A stretch of DNA of 64,000 bases from Candidatus Pacearchaeota archaeon. Lineage in GTDB: Archaea > Nanobdellota > Nanobdellia > Pacearchaeales > GW2011-AR1. Location of the stretch: the NCBI GenBank assembly GCA_002731115.1, contig PBZO01000015.1, positions 1,529-65,528 of the forward strand, in the 5' to 3' direction. A program made the translations under genes and the position numbers. How positions within the stretch are numbered: position 1 is the first letter of the stretch; the number at the start of each line of letters is the position of its first letter. This document shows, in pieces, positions 46,251 through 56,265 of this stretch. Below the pieces are notes generated by a model. That model saw only the letters and a program-made list of their open reading frames with translations. It was not told the DNA's origin and made no database searches.

Positions 46251-48542
46251 ATGAAAAAAAATGGAATTCAATTAAAAGTTGTTGAAGCAATGCAAGATGA
46301 TGCCTACAAAGGAATTGCAAGAATAGACGCAGAGATAATGAGAGAATTAAAAATAAGACGGGGAGATGTTATTATGATTAAGGGAGGTAGAGAAACAGTT
46401 GCAATTGCAGATAGAGCTTATCCTGCAGATGTTGGAGAAGGTATTATTAGAATTGATGGTATTCTAAGAAGAAATGCAAAAACAGGAATTGGGGACGCTG
46501 TAAATATTTCTAAAGCAGAAATTAAGGAAGCAAAAAAAATAACAATTGCTCCAGCTCAAAAAGGAATAATGATTCAAGGAGATCCCGAGAGTCTAAGAAG
46601 GGGACTTTTAGGAAGAACAGTAATAAAAGGAGATATTGTTGTTTTGGGAGGAGTTCAAAGAAGAAAAGATTTATTCTCAGATATGGGTCTTAGTGATGAT
46701 TTTGGAGATATATTTGGAGAAGCTTTTGAGAATATTGGTTTTGGAAATTTAGGTGGAGGAGTTTCTCAAATTAAATTCTTAGTAATTAATTCTAATCCTA
46801 ATCAACCAGTAATTATAACAGAGAATACTCAAGTAACATTAAATCCGAAAGCAGTTGAAATAACTGATGAAAAGATTCCGGAGATTAATTATGAAGATAT
46901 TGGAGGATTAAAAGAAGAAATTAAAAAAATAAGAGAAATGGTTGAGATTCCAATGAAACATCCAGAAATCTTTCATAGATTAGGAATAGATGCTCCTAAA
47001 GGAGTTCTGCTCCACGGACCTCCTGGAACAGGAAAAACTCTTTTAGCAAAAGCAGTTGCAAATGAATCGGAAGCTAATTTTATTTTATTAAATGGTCCTG
47101 AGATAATGTCAAAATTTTATGGCGAATCAGAAAAACGTATTAGAGATATCTTTGAAGAAGCTGAAAAAACAGCACCTACAATCATTTTTATTGATGAAAT
47201 AGATGCAATAGCTCCAAAAAGAGAGGAAGTAATGGGAGAAGTTGAAAGAAGAGTTGTTAGCCAGATTTTGACAATGATGGATGGATTAAAGACAAGAGGT
47301 AAGGTAATTGTAATTGGTGCAACAAATAGGATTAATTCTCTTGATCCTGCATTAAGAAGACCAGGACGATTTGATAGAGAAATTTCAATTAATGTTCCTG
47401 GAAAAGAAGGAAGACTTTCTGTTTTAAAAATTCATACAAGAGGGATGCCCTTAAAAAATGTTAATTTAGATGAACTTGCATCTTTAACTCATGGTTTTGT
47501 TGGAGCAGATTTAGAAGCATTAAGTAAGGAGGCTGCAATGAATGTTTTAAGAAAACATCTTCATAAGATAAAACTAGATGAAGAACAAATTCCCAAGGAA
47601 ATTTTAGAAAAATTAATTGTTAAGCAAGAAGATTTTATGGAGGCACTAAAAATTGTTAGACCTTCTGCTATGAGGGAAGTTTTAATTGAGACTCCAAATG
47701 TTGAATGGGATTCTATTGGAGGATTAAATAATATTAAACAAGAATTAAAAGAAGCTGTAGAATGGCCAATGAAATATCCCGAAAGTTTTAGTAGAATGGG
47801 GATTCGGCCATCAAGAGGTATTTTACTTTACGGTCCACCTGGAACAGGAAAAACTCTTTTAGCAAAAGCAGTTGCAAAAGAATCAGAAGCTAATTTTATC
47901 CAAGTTAAGGGACCCGAGTTAATGAGTATGTGGGTAGGAGAATCTGAGAAAGGTGTAAGAAAGATTTTTGAAAGAGCACGTCAAGTTGCTCCATGCATTA
48001 TATTTTTTGATGAAATTGATTCACTTGCAGGAAAAAGAGGAATGGATGCTGGAACAAAAGTTACTGAGAGAATTTTAAATCAATTATTGGCGGAAATGGA
48101 TGGACTTGAAGATTTAAGAGATATCTTAATTATTGGTGCAACAAATAGGCCGGATATGCTTGATCCTGCATTACTTAGACCAGGACGATTTGATAAGATT
48201 CTACTTGTTAATGCTCCAGAAGAAGCTGGTAGATTAAAGATTTTGGGAATTCATACAGAGAAGATGCCTTTAACAAAAGATGTTAATATAAAAGATATTG
48301 CTAAGAAAACAGGAGGATATACTGGAGCGGATATTGAGGCAGTTGTAAGAGAAGCAGCAATACTTTCCTTAAGAGAATCTATAGATTCGGAGGAAGTAAG
48401 AAAAAAACATTTTGAAGAAGCTTTAAAGAAGGTTAAACCAAGTGTGAATAAACCAACAATTGAGGTTTATAAGAAAGTAGAAGAAAATTATCTAAAATCT
48501 GCAAAAGCTGCTGTTCCCCAAGGAAGTAGTTATTTAGGATGA
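46251..48542 (+). CDS. cdc48: CDC48/VCP-like AAA+ ATPase
   Basis: N-domain (LKVVEA...IARID) and two AAA modules, each with [31 protein letters not shown] and a second region of homology. Confidence 0.95.
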   Translation: MKKNGIQLKVVEAMQDDAYKGIARIDAEIMRELKIRRGDVIMIKGGRETVAIADRAYPADVGEGIIRIDGILRRNAKTGIGDAVNISKAEIKEAKKITIAPAQKGIMIQGDPESLRRGLLGRTVIKGDIVVLGGVQRRKDLFSDMGLSDDFGDIFGEAFENIGFGNLGGGVSQIKFLVINSNPNQPVIITENTQVTLNPKAVEITDEKIPEINYEDIGGLKEEIKKIREMVEIPMKHPEIFHRLGIDAPKGVLLHGPPGTGKTLLAKAVANESEANFILLNGPEIMSKFYGESEKRIRDIFEEAEKTAPTIIFIDEIDAIAPKREEVMGEVERRVVSQILTMMDGLKTRGKVIVIGATNRINSLDPALRRPGRFDREISINVPGKEGRLSVLKIHTRGMPLKNVNLDELASLTHGFVGADLEALSKEAAMNVLRKHLHKIKLDEEQIPKEILEKLIVKQEDFMEALKIVRPSAMREVLIETPNVEWDSIGGLNNIKQELKEAVEWPMKYPESFSRMGIRPSRGILLYGPPGTGKTLLAKAVAKESEANFIQVKGPELMSMWVGESEKGVRKIFERARQVAPCIIFFDEIDSLAGKRGMDAGTKVTERILNQLLAEMDGLEDLRDILIIGATNRPDMLDPALLRPGRFDKILLVNAPEEAGRLKILGIHTEKMPLTKDVNIKDIAKKTGGYTGADIEAVVREAAILSLRESIDSEEVRKKHFEEALKKVKPSVNKPTIEVYKKVEENYLKSAKAAVPQGSSYLG

Positions 48543-48544
48543 TA

Positions 48545-49420
48545 TTATTCTGTTGTAATAATCTTCTCTTTTTCAATTAAAATAGTATTCTCTGCTTGAC
48601 TAACTTTCTTATGTGACAATTCCATTAATTGTGGATAATTATGCAAGTTTCCATTGTCTTCTAATTGCTTTAATCCAAATAAGGCTTTTGTTCCTAGTTT
48701 TTTTATAATCCATCTAGAACAAAAAGGTAATTTATCATGTTCTTTTTCAATTAATCTTAATGTTTCTCTTGCAATTGGACTTCTTACATTTTTATTATTA
48801 ATTAATCTATATATTCCAGAAGGCCTTCCATCATAGACTTTCCCATTCCCAGAGGTTGCGAATGGTTCTATTGCATAAAGTCCTTGTTTTATTGGAGTAT
48901 TTTGCTTATTATTAATATTTGGAATTGTTATTCCTGCATGCAAATCATATTGTTCTAGAGAATGTCCAGATAAATTGATTATTGGAGTAAAACCAAATGA
49001 TTCAATTGTTTCTTGTATTGTTTTCCCAATTTCATTTAGTTTAGTATTTTCTTTTATGACTTTTGTTGCATTTTCTAATGCTTTCGATGAAGCTTCAATT
49101 AACTTTTTATTTTCTTCGTTATCTTCTAAATCTATTGAAAAAGCAGTATCTGCAATCCATCCCTCAACATGAATTCCTATATCAATTTTTAGAAGTCCAT
49201 GTGCTTTTGTTTTATCATCATTATTCGGGGTATAATGTGCTGCAATATCATTAATACTTAAGTTAACTGGGAAAGCAATGTCTCCTCCAAGTTCTTTTAT
49301 CTTTGTTTCTATTAATTCTGCTATCTCTAATAGAAGCATGTCTTTTTTTATAATTGATTTTGCATATTCCTTTACTTCTTTTGCAATTTTCCCTGCTTTG
49401 ATTATCTTATTCTTGTCCAT
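48545..49420 (-). CDS. map: Methionine aminopeptidase, type 2 (archaeal)
   Basis: Pita-bread fold pattern (FPVNLSINDIAAHY, KIDIGIHVEGWIADTAF, GHSL, E...E) with an inserted helical subdomain. 291 aa. Confidence 0.85.
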   Translation of the reverse strand: MDKNKIIKAGKIAKEVKEYAKSIIKKDMLLLEIAELIETKIKELGGDIAFPVNLSINDIAAHYTPNNDDKTKAHGLLKIDIGIHVEGWIADTAFSIDLEDNEENKKLIEASSKALENATKVIKENTKLNEIGKTIQETIESFGFTPIINLSGHSLEQYDLHAGITIPNINNKQNTPIKQGLYAIEPFATSGNGKVYDGRPSGIYRLINNKNVRSPIARETLRLIEKEHDKLPFCSRWIIKKLGTKALFGLKQLEDNGNLHNYPQLMELSHKKVSQAENTILIEKEKIITTE

Positions 49421-49437
49421 TTTTTATATAGAAAAGT

Positions 49438-49896
49438 TTAATTTTTAAGTCTTCTTGATTTTGGGATAAAGTTAGTTATTTTCTCAATTGATGCTTTACC
49501 ACATCCTAAAAAATCTTTTTTATATTTCATAACTAGAAATCCTCTTTTACCTGTTTTAATATTTAATTCTTGGCCCTTCATCCACAAATCTACTTGTTCT
49601 TTATTTAATTCAAAAATATTTCTTTCTATTTGATTCTTTAATATTTGTGTCCCTTCTATACTTAATCTTATCTCCTCCTTTATAATCTTAGCAAAATAAA
49701 TTCCAACTCCTTCAATAGGAACAATTTTTTCTAAATTTTCTATTTGTCTTTCATTGTAATCTCCAGAAAATAAAAATAATTTTTCTTCTCCTCTTTTAAC
49801 AATTATTCCATGAATATCCTTTATTCCAAATTGTTTATTTAATCTATTAAGTATTTCTTGTTTCTCATTTTTATTTAATATTTTTAGTCGATTCAT
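49438..49896 (-). CDS. PUA-domain protein (Nip7/UPF0113-like)
   Basis: 152 aa with C-terminal ...GFLVMKYKKDFLGCGK. Its ATG overlaps the stop of the NOL1/NOP2/Sun methyltransferase gene, a conserved archaeal pairing. Confidence 0.5.
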   Translation of the reverse strand: MNRLKILNKNEKQEILNRLNKQFGIKDIHGIIVKRGEEKLFLFSGDYNERQIENLEKIVPIEGVGIYFAKIIKEEIRLSIEGTQILKNQIERNIFELNKEQVDLWMKGQELNIKTGKRGFLVMKYKKDFLGCGKASIEKITNFIPKSRRLKN

Positions 49897-50849
49897 TTTA
49901 ATTTCTTGAATTTCACTAAGAAAAATCCCTCCGTATCATTATCTTGAGGGTAAATTCTACAAGCATCTTTAATTTCTTCTAAATATTCCTTATCTTGCCA
50001 TTTTTCTAGACCTTTTCTAGATTTTACTGGCAAGGTAATTTTTTCTATCTTTATATTATTAAATTTCTTCATTATAAAATCAATAACTTCTTCATTTTCT
50101 TCTGGTGCATGCGTACAAGTGCTATAGATTAATTCTCCCTTTGGTTTTAAAATATCTAAAGCAGAAGAAACTAGATTTTTTTGAATTCTTGAAACGGATT
50201 TTATTGTTTTTATATTCCACATCAAATATGTTTTTGGAGTGCTTCTTAAAGTTCCTTCTCCAGAACAAGGAGCATCAACTAGTATTTTGTCAAACTGGAG
50301 ATTTTCTTCTTTTAATTTCTTACAAAGGACTATTCCATCTTTTTTCGTGATAATGGTGTTTGTTACTCCACATCTTTCTAAATTTGATGCTAATATTTTT
50401 ATCCTTCCTAAGCTTACTTCATTTGCAATTATTGTCCCGGAGTTATTCATGAATGAAGCCATTTGAGTTGTTTTACTTCCAGGTGAAGAACATAAATCTA
50501 AAATAGTTTCATTTGCCTTAGGTTTTAGTGCAATTATTGGTAACATACTTGCAAGTTCTTGAATATAATAATATCCAATTAAATGCTCTAAAGCTCTTCC
50601 TAATTCTCCTGGATTAAGATTATTTTCTACAATCATAATTTCCGGATATTCTTTAAATGGTTGTTTTATGATCCAATTTTTCTTCTCTAGTTTTTCTTTT
50701 AATTTTTCAGGAGAGATTTTTAGAGTATTTGTTCTTATTGATCTTACTGGTTCTCTTTTTAAAATTTCCATGTAATTATCAAAGTCTTTTTCAAGAAGAG
50801 ATTTCATTCTTTTAAGAAATAATGGTTTTGCCTCTGGAATTTTTCTCAT
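49893..50849 (-). CDS. NOL1/NOP2/Sun-family RNA cytosine-C5 methyltransferase
   Basis: SAM motif DLCSSPGSKT, catalytic DAPCSGEG and the TC motif YSTCT. Confidence 0.85.
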   Translation of the reverse strand: MRKIPEAKPLFLKRMKSLLEKDFDNYMEILKREPVRSIRTNTLKISPEKLKEKLEKKNWIIKQPFKEYPEIMIVENNLNPGELGRALEHLIGYYYIQELASMLPIIALKPKANETILDLCSSPGSKTTQMASFMNNSGTIIANEVSLGRIKILASNLERCGVTNTIITKKDGIVLCKKLKEENLQFDKILVDAPCSGEGTLRSTPKTYLMWNIKTIKSVSRIQKNLVSSALDILKPKGELIYSTCTHAPEENEEVIDFIMKKFNNIKIEKITLPVKSRKGLEKWQDKEYLEEIKDACRIYPQDNDTEGFFLVKFKKLK

Positions 50850-50850
50850 T

Positions 50851-53337
50851 TTAAAAATCCCCTAAGGTCATTTGCTTTTTTCCTTCAATAATCTCTTTTA
50901 TATTAATATTAAAAACTTGGAAAATATTCTCAACTGCAGGAAGAATCTGATTTTCTAAATAATACTTTATATTATATTCTCCCTTCTCACTAGGAAGCTT
51001 TACCTTATCTCTTACTAGTTTCTTCTTTTCTTTTGTTTCTGCAATATAATATTCAACTAAATTTCCCTGGCTTATTGGGATTTTTTTCTCATGCATTTTT
51101 CTTGCAGCAATTACATGAGGGGAGATTGCTTTATATTCTGAAATAGGTTTTTTTAATTGAGTCTTAATAATTAAATCTTCCTTATTTATCTCTCTCTTCT
51201 TTATTTTATTAACAATATCCTTAATATATTTTAATGATTTTTTCTCATTACCCTCTTTTAAAATTTGGTTTATTATTTTATTTTGAACTTCACGAGCAAG
51301 TTTACACCAGTCTCTTCTTACTGTTTCAAATCCTCTTATCTTTAGATTATCTTTTTCATCAATCATTGCATACTTTTTTTTGGCTCCTGCAATTCCAGAT
51401 CTCTTTGTAACCCATATGCCTCTTTTGAAAAATCCTTCTAGTTCTAATTCCATAAATTCTGGAAGTTCTGCATTTAATTTTTTTAATAAATCTAAAATCT
51501 GTTTTTTTGATTTATTCTCCATTGCAAGAGCAACACTGTCAGTATCGCTGAATATAACCTTATAACCTGCTTTTTCTACTTTCTTTATTGTTTCAAGATT
51601 ATATTTTCTAACAAATGCAAGAACAGATGCAGAAGCTTCATGTGAGTAATATCTTGCCCCAAAAAAAGCTAAATATCCGTGTGCTGAAGCTGATAAAACT
51701 TTAAATGCATTGCTTCTAGCATAGGTTACAACATTAGAGTTCTTTTTATATTCTAATTTGAATTTCTTTCTTAATCCAAATATCTCTTTAAGAAGTTCAG
51801 GAAAAAACCCCTTTTCTTTTGAAAAATAATATCTTATTTTTCCTTCTTTTTCATTAATCTCAGGGGTTTCATATGAATTTTTTTGTTTTTTTTCTAAAAG
51901 TGTTCCTTTTGAGAGATTATGAGAGAGAATTATACTTGTATGCATTGATGTAAAATCAAATATTGCGATATTTTTGTAAAGACCTGGATTTGGTTCAAGT
52001 ACAAATGCTCCTTCTGATCCCCCTATATTCTTTCTTGTTGAAATATCATTATAAGTCGGTCTTTTCTCAGGAATTTCATTAAATTTTTCTAAATTATGTA
52101 AAATATACGACTCAGTGTATTTTGAAAGTCCAAAACGCGTAACATCAAATACTGGTTCTTGTATTATTTTTGTAAATTCAAGGATATCTGGCCAAAATTT
52201 TCTAAATAGATTTAATGTTAAGACAGAATCATGCAGGTTATATTCATAATATTTATCCCAATCCTTGGGATTAATCTCAGATGAGTGTTTTATCTTAAAA
52301 TCTTTTTTTGTATCTCCCAAAAATTCTTTTGAAACTTCATTTAATGAGAGAGTTTCAGATTTCATATATTGAGCATAAGCAGTTCTTATGAATTTTAAGA
52401 GATCTATATGCACTATTCCTTTTATCTTTCCTGTTAAATTTATTCCTCTGGAGAAAAATGGTTGGCTATTATCGAGTCCAAGTGATAGTTTAATATTATA
52501 TCTTTCAGCTCTTGCTTTTATATAGGGTAAATCAAATCCATCCGAAAAATAACCAATTAGAAAATCAGGAGAGATTTCTCTTACATATTCTATGAATTTC
52601 TCTATTAGTTCTGATTCATCTTTTACATATTCTACATAGCTTGATTTTTTCCCTTTTGTTTCTTTCCATGTTATTACTTTTTTAAAATTTTCTGATACTA
52701 ATGAAATCATTAATATCTCTCCTTCACCTAATTTTAATTCATCTGTTTCTATATCATAACTAAGAATTTTTGGTGTGAATTTAATATTCTCTATCTTTTT
52801 TGAAGATTCTAATTTTATACACATATCAACATCTAAACCCATATCAATCCCTCCAAAATCTTGCGAATTATTTAGAACTTCCCCCGATATCTCATACCAG
52901 TGCATGGGATTAATCTTTTTCTCAGTTATATAATGGGTTATAAAACCAATATCATATCCTCTTCTCTTTTCTATTTCAGGAATATCTAATTTATCAGCTA
53001 CATCATGTAAATCCTTATAATTTGTCGCAAATATCTTTAGAGATTTTACTTTTTTTCCAAGAAATTTCTTTTCATGTAATTCAACTCTTTCAACTTTAGT
53101 ATATCTACCTTTTACATCTAATTTTATCTTTTCTATCTTTTTAATAATCTTTTCTATTTTCTCTTGTTTTGTATTATCTTCTAAGATTGCCCAGAGATAA
53201 ACAGGACAAGAATCAATTATACAAATTCTTTTTCCTTTACTATTTCTTCCTATTATTTTTATGTAATTTCTTCCTTTAAAATCAAAATAATCATAATCTA
53301 TTGGAATAAAGTCTGTTTTCATAATAATGAGAGACAT
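50851..53337 (-). CDS. polB: Family B DNA polymerase
   Basis: Exo I YDIET, Exo II FDLPYI, Exo III YNLHD, motif A DFTSMHTSII, motif B KVLSASAHG, motif C SDTDS, KKKYA and a C-terminal PIP-like QMTLGDF. Confidence 0.9.
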   Translation of the reverse strand: MSLIIMKTDFIPIDYDYFDFKGRNYIKIIGRNSKGKRICIIDSCPVYLWAILEDNTKQEKIEKIIKKIEKIKLDVKGRYTKVERVELHEKKFLGKKVKSLKIFATNYKDLHDVADKLDIPEIEKRRGYDIGFITHYITEKKINPMHWYEISGEVLNNSQDFGGIDMGLDVDMCIKLESSKKIENIKFTPKILSYDIETDELKLGEGEILMISLVSENFKKVITWKETKGKKSSYVEYVKDESELIEKFIEYVREISPDFLIGYFSDGFDLPYIKARAERYNIKLSLGLDNSQPFFSRGINLTGKIKGIVHIDLLKFIRTAYAQYMKSETLSLNEVSKEFLGDTKKDFKIKHSSEINPKDWDKYYEYNLHDSVLTLNLFRKFWPDILEFTKIIQEPVFDVTRFGLSKYTESYILHNLEKFNEIPEKRPTYNDISTRKNIGGSEGAFVLEPNPGLYKNIAIFDFTSMHTSIILSHNLSKGTLLEKKQKNSYETPEINEKEGKIRYYFSKEKGFFPELLKEIFGLRKKFKLEYKKNSNVVTYARSNAFKVLSASAHGYLAFFGARYYSHEASASVLAFVRKYNLETIKKVEKAGYKVIFSDTDSVALAMENKSKKQILDLLKKLNAELPEFMELELEGFFKRGIWVTKRSGIAGAKKKYAMIDEKDNLKIRGFETVRRDWCKLAREVQNKIINQILKEGNEKKSLKYIKDIVNKIKKREINKEDLIIKTQLKKPISEYKAISPHVIAARKMHEKKIPISQGNLVEYYIAETKEKKKLVRDKVKLPSEKGEYNIKYYLENQILPAVENIFQVFNINIKEIIEGKKQMTLGDF

Positions 53338-53417
53338 TATAGTTATTTAAAATTAATCTTGATTATCTAAAGTGATGATATAGTAAAGTTTATATATTAC
53401 TATTTAGGGATTAAGGT

Positions 53418-54062
53418 ATGGTATCTAAAAAACAAAAGAAAGATATGAAAGATTACTTAGTTACAAAGTTAAGTAATAGTGGACACGCTGTTAAGCCCGT
53501 GTCAAGAGAGATAGTTTCAGGGATAACGTCCAATTATCTATTAATAGATGAGGAAGGATTAGTCTTATTAGTAGATCAAGCTTATCCACGAGATTCACTT
53601 AATTCATTTTATCAAGAAACAAGAAAAAGAGGACATAATTTTGGGGCAGTATTATTTAAGGATGGAGAGCTTTTTTTTAGAAATGCTGCAGATAAAAATT
53701 ATTTTAAGAAAGATAAATATCTTAGTTTAAAAAAGTATTCTAATGAAGAAATGCATAGGATGATTTTATTTAGGCCTGAAGAAATCTTTCTTAATGAGAA
53801 AAGATCTCATTTACAATATTATCAACCATCATCTGCAAATCTCAATGAGTGTTTAACAATCTTTAATTTTCAATCAGTAAGATTTGATTATAGTCATATT
53901 GATGAATCTGGAAGATTTAAACCTTCTGATAAAGAGTCTAAAAGACTTTATATTTGGAATGATAGAAAAGAGAATGCAGATTCTCTGAGACTTGAAAAAT
54001 GGGTATTATTTGGAAATACTTCAGAGATAGGAAAACAAAGACAATCAGATCTTTTTAGATAA
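53418..54062 (+). CDS. Hypothetical protein (orf214) between polB and fen1
   Basis: 214-aa ORF with normal local codon usage. It is divergent from polB (80-bp spacer) and lies 30 nt upstream of fen1. No family recognised. Confidence 0.5.
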   Translation: MVSKKQKKDMKDYLVTKLSNSGHAVKPVSREIVSGITSNYLLIDEEGLVLLVDQAYPRDSLNSFYQETRKRGHNFGAVLFKDGELFFRNAADKNYFKKDKYLSLKKYSNEEMHRMILFRPEEIFLNEKRSHLQYYQPSSANLNECLTIFNFQSVRFDYSHIDESGRFKPSDKESKRLYIWNDRKENADSLRLEKWVLFGNTSEIGKQRQSDLFR

Positions 54063-54092
54063 TTTTTTATATTTCTGTTTTCTGATTTAAGT

Positions 54093-55133
54093 ATGGGATT
54101 AAACATTAAAGACATCATTCCAAGAAAGAAAATTGAAATAATAGAACTTAAGGGGAAAACTATTTGTGTTGATGCATTTAATACATTATACCAGTTTTTA
54201 TCTACAATTAGACAATTAGATGGGACTCCCTTAATGGATAATAAAAAGAGGATTACAAGTCATCTTTCAGGGATTTTCTATAGAAATATTGCTTTACTCT
54301 CTGAAGGAATGAAATTAGTATATGTTTTTGATGGAGAAGCTCCAGAACTTAAGGAGAAAACACATATAATAAGAAAAGAGGGAAGAAATCTTGCAAAAGA
54401 AAAATATGAAGAAGCAAAACAAAAAGGAGATATTATTGGTATGAAACGTTATGCTAGTCAATTAATTAGACTTGAAGATTATATGATTAAAGAAAGTAAA
54501 GAACTATTAGAAGCTATGGGGGTTGCAATAGTACAAGCTCCTAGTGAAGGTGAAAGCGAATCTGCATATCTTTGCAAGGTAAAGGAGGATATTTATGCAA
54601 GTGCTAGTCAAGATTATGATAGCTTGTTATTTGGAGCTCCAAAGTTAATTCAGAATTTAACTTTATCAAGGAGAAGAAAAACTTTTACGGGATGGATTGA
54701 CATAAAACCAGAATTAATTGATTTGGAGAAAGTTTTGGATCATCTGGAGATAAATTTAGATCAGTTGATTTGTTTAGGGATTCTTGTAGGAACTGATTAT
54801 AATCCAAAAGGAGTTCCTGGAATCGGGCAGAAAAAAGCATTACAAATTGTGCAGAAGTTTAAGCAGCCTATTTTGATTTTTAAGGAAGTTGAAGAGAGAA
54901 TTCACAGCCTTCCAGAAGAAGATAGATTTAATTGGCAGGAAATATTTGAATTGTTTCATAAACCTGATGTTATTAATGTTAATTTTAAATTTGGAAAAGT
55001 TAATGAAGAAAAAATAAGGGAGATTTTAGTTGAAAGACATGATTTTTCTGAAGAAAGAGTTAATAAACAATTAGAAAGATTAAGAAAAGCTGAAGAGGAG
55101 AGTAAACAAAAAGGTTTAGGGGATTGGTTTTAA
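54093..55133 (+). CDS. fen: Flap endonuclease 1
   Basis: XPG-N (ICVDAFNTLYQFL), XPG-I (APSEGESESAYL), H3TH (GTDYNPKGVPGIGQKKA) and a C-terminal PIP box QKGLGDWF. Confidence 0.9.
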   Translation: MGLNIKDIIPRKKIEIIELKGKTICVDAFNTLYQFLSTIRQLDGTPLMDNKKRITSHLSGIFYRNIALLSEGMKLVYVFDGEAPELKEKTHIIRKEGRNLAKEKYEEAKQKGDIIGMKRYASQLIRLEDYMIKESKELLEAMGVAIVQAPSEGESESAYLCKVKEDIYASASQDYDSLLFGAPKLIQNLTLSRRRKTFTGWIDIKPELIDLEKVLDHLEINLDQLICLGILVGTDYNPKGVPGIGQKKALQIVQKFKQPILIFKEVEERIHSLPEEDRFNWQEIFELFHKPDVINVNFKFGKVNEEKIREILVERHDFSEERVNKQLERLRKAEEESKQKGLGDWF

Positions 55134-55168
55134 GAACATTTAAATTATGATTTTATTTATATTATTTT

Positions 55169-55945
55169 ATGAAACAACGTTCATTTGATGTTTTAGGAAA
55201 TATTGCAATTGTTAATTTTCCAGATAATTCTAGAATTAAAGAAAAGAGAAAATTTGCAAATAAACTACTAAAAGAACAAAATTCAATTAAAACTGTTCTT
55301 GAAAAATATGGGAAAGTTAAAGGAAGACTTAGAAAAATCTCTACAAAGTATCTAGCTGGTGAGAAAACTAAAGAAGTTTTATATAAAGAGAATGGATGTG
55401 TTTTTAGATTTAATATTGATAATACTTATTTTTCTCCAAGGTTAAGTAATGAAAGAAAAGAAATTTCTAAATTGATGAAAAAAGGAGATAATGTCTTAGT
55501 TATGTTTGCAGGAGTTGCACCATTTCCAATTGTTATTTCTAAGAATTCAAAAGTAAGGAGAGTTGTATCTAATGAAATTAATAGGGAGGCAAATAAATAT
55601 GCTAGATTAAATATAGAATTAAATAAATTAAAAGATAGAGTTGAATTAATTCCGGGAGATATTAAAAGGATTTCTAAGAAATTTAAAGAAAAATTTGAGG
55701 TTATTGTAATGCCCAGGCCAAGATTGAAGAATACTTTTCTTGAACAAGCGTTTTTATTAAGCAAAAAAGGAACAAGAATTTATTACTATGATTTTTGCAA
55801 GATTGATGAAGAGAATTTAATTGTTGAAAAGATTAAAAAAGAAGCAAGAGAATCTAAGAAAAAGATAAGAATATTAAAGATTAAAAAAGCAGGAGAAATT
55901 GCTCCATATAAAATTAGATTAAGAGTTGATTTTGCAATCTCCTAG
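55169..55945 (+). CDS. trm5: tRNA (guanine37-N1)-methyltransferase Trm5-like (Met-10+ family)
   Basis: SFDVLGNIAIVNF, FRFNIDNTYFSPRLSNER and SAM-MTase motif VLVMFAGVAPF. Confidence 0.75.
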   Translation: MKQRSFDVLGNIAIVNFPDNSRIKEKRKFANKLLKEQNSIKTVLEKYGKVKGRLRKISTKYLAGEKTKEVLYKENGCVFRFNIDNTYFSPRLSNERKEISKLMKKGDNVLVMFAGVAPFPIVISKNSKVRRVVSNEINREANKYARLNIELNKLKDRVELIPGDIKRISKKFKEKFEVIVMPRPRLKNTFLEQAFLLSKKGTRIYYYDFCKIDEENLIVEKIKKEARESKKKIRILKIKKAGEIAPYKIRLRVDFAIS

Positions 55946-56235
55946 TTATTTCCTGCAAGAGAATAAATATATTCTATTTCTTCTTCTAAAGCTATTAATA
56001 CAGGTGTTTTTTCTTTCATATGAGTTATTGTTTGGTTATACAAATCTTTGAAAGTTTTCACTTTTTGACCAAATAATTCTTCTATTGGAACTCCAAATTC
56101 ATAATTAACTTTTGTTTTTATGCCTGTTTGGATAGTGTCAGTGTTTTTTGGAAATCTTCCTCTAAAATGTTTATATGTCTGTTTTAAGGATTCTTTAACC
56201 CATTGATATTCATCATTAATCTTTGTTTTTAACAT
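55942..56235 (-). CDS. Hypothetical protein (orf97) downstream of the HerA-like ATPase
   Basis: 97-aa ORF whose ATG lies 30 nt after the ATPase stop. No family recognised. Confidence 0.45.
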   Translation of the reverse strand: MLKTKINDEYQWVKESLKQTYKHFRGRFPKNTDTIQTGIKTKVNYEFGVPIEELFGQKVKTFKDLYNQTITHMKEKTPVLIALEEEIEYIYSLAGNN

Positions 56236-56265
56236 TTTTTATATAGAAATTATGGGTTTTAAACT

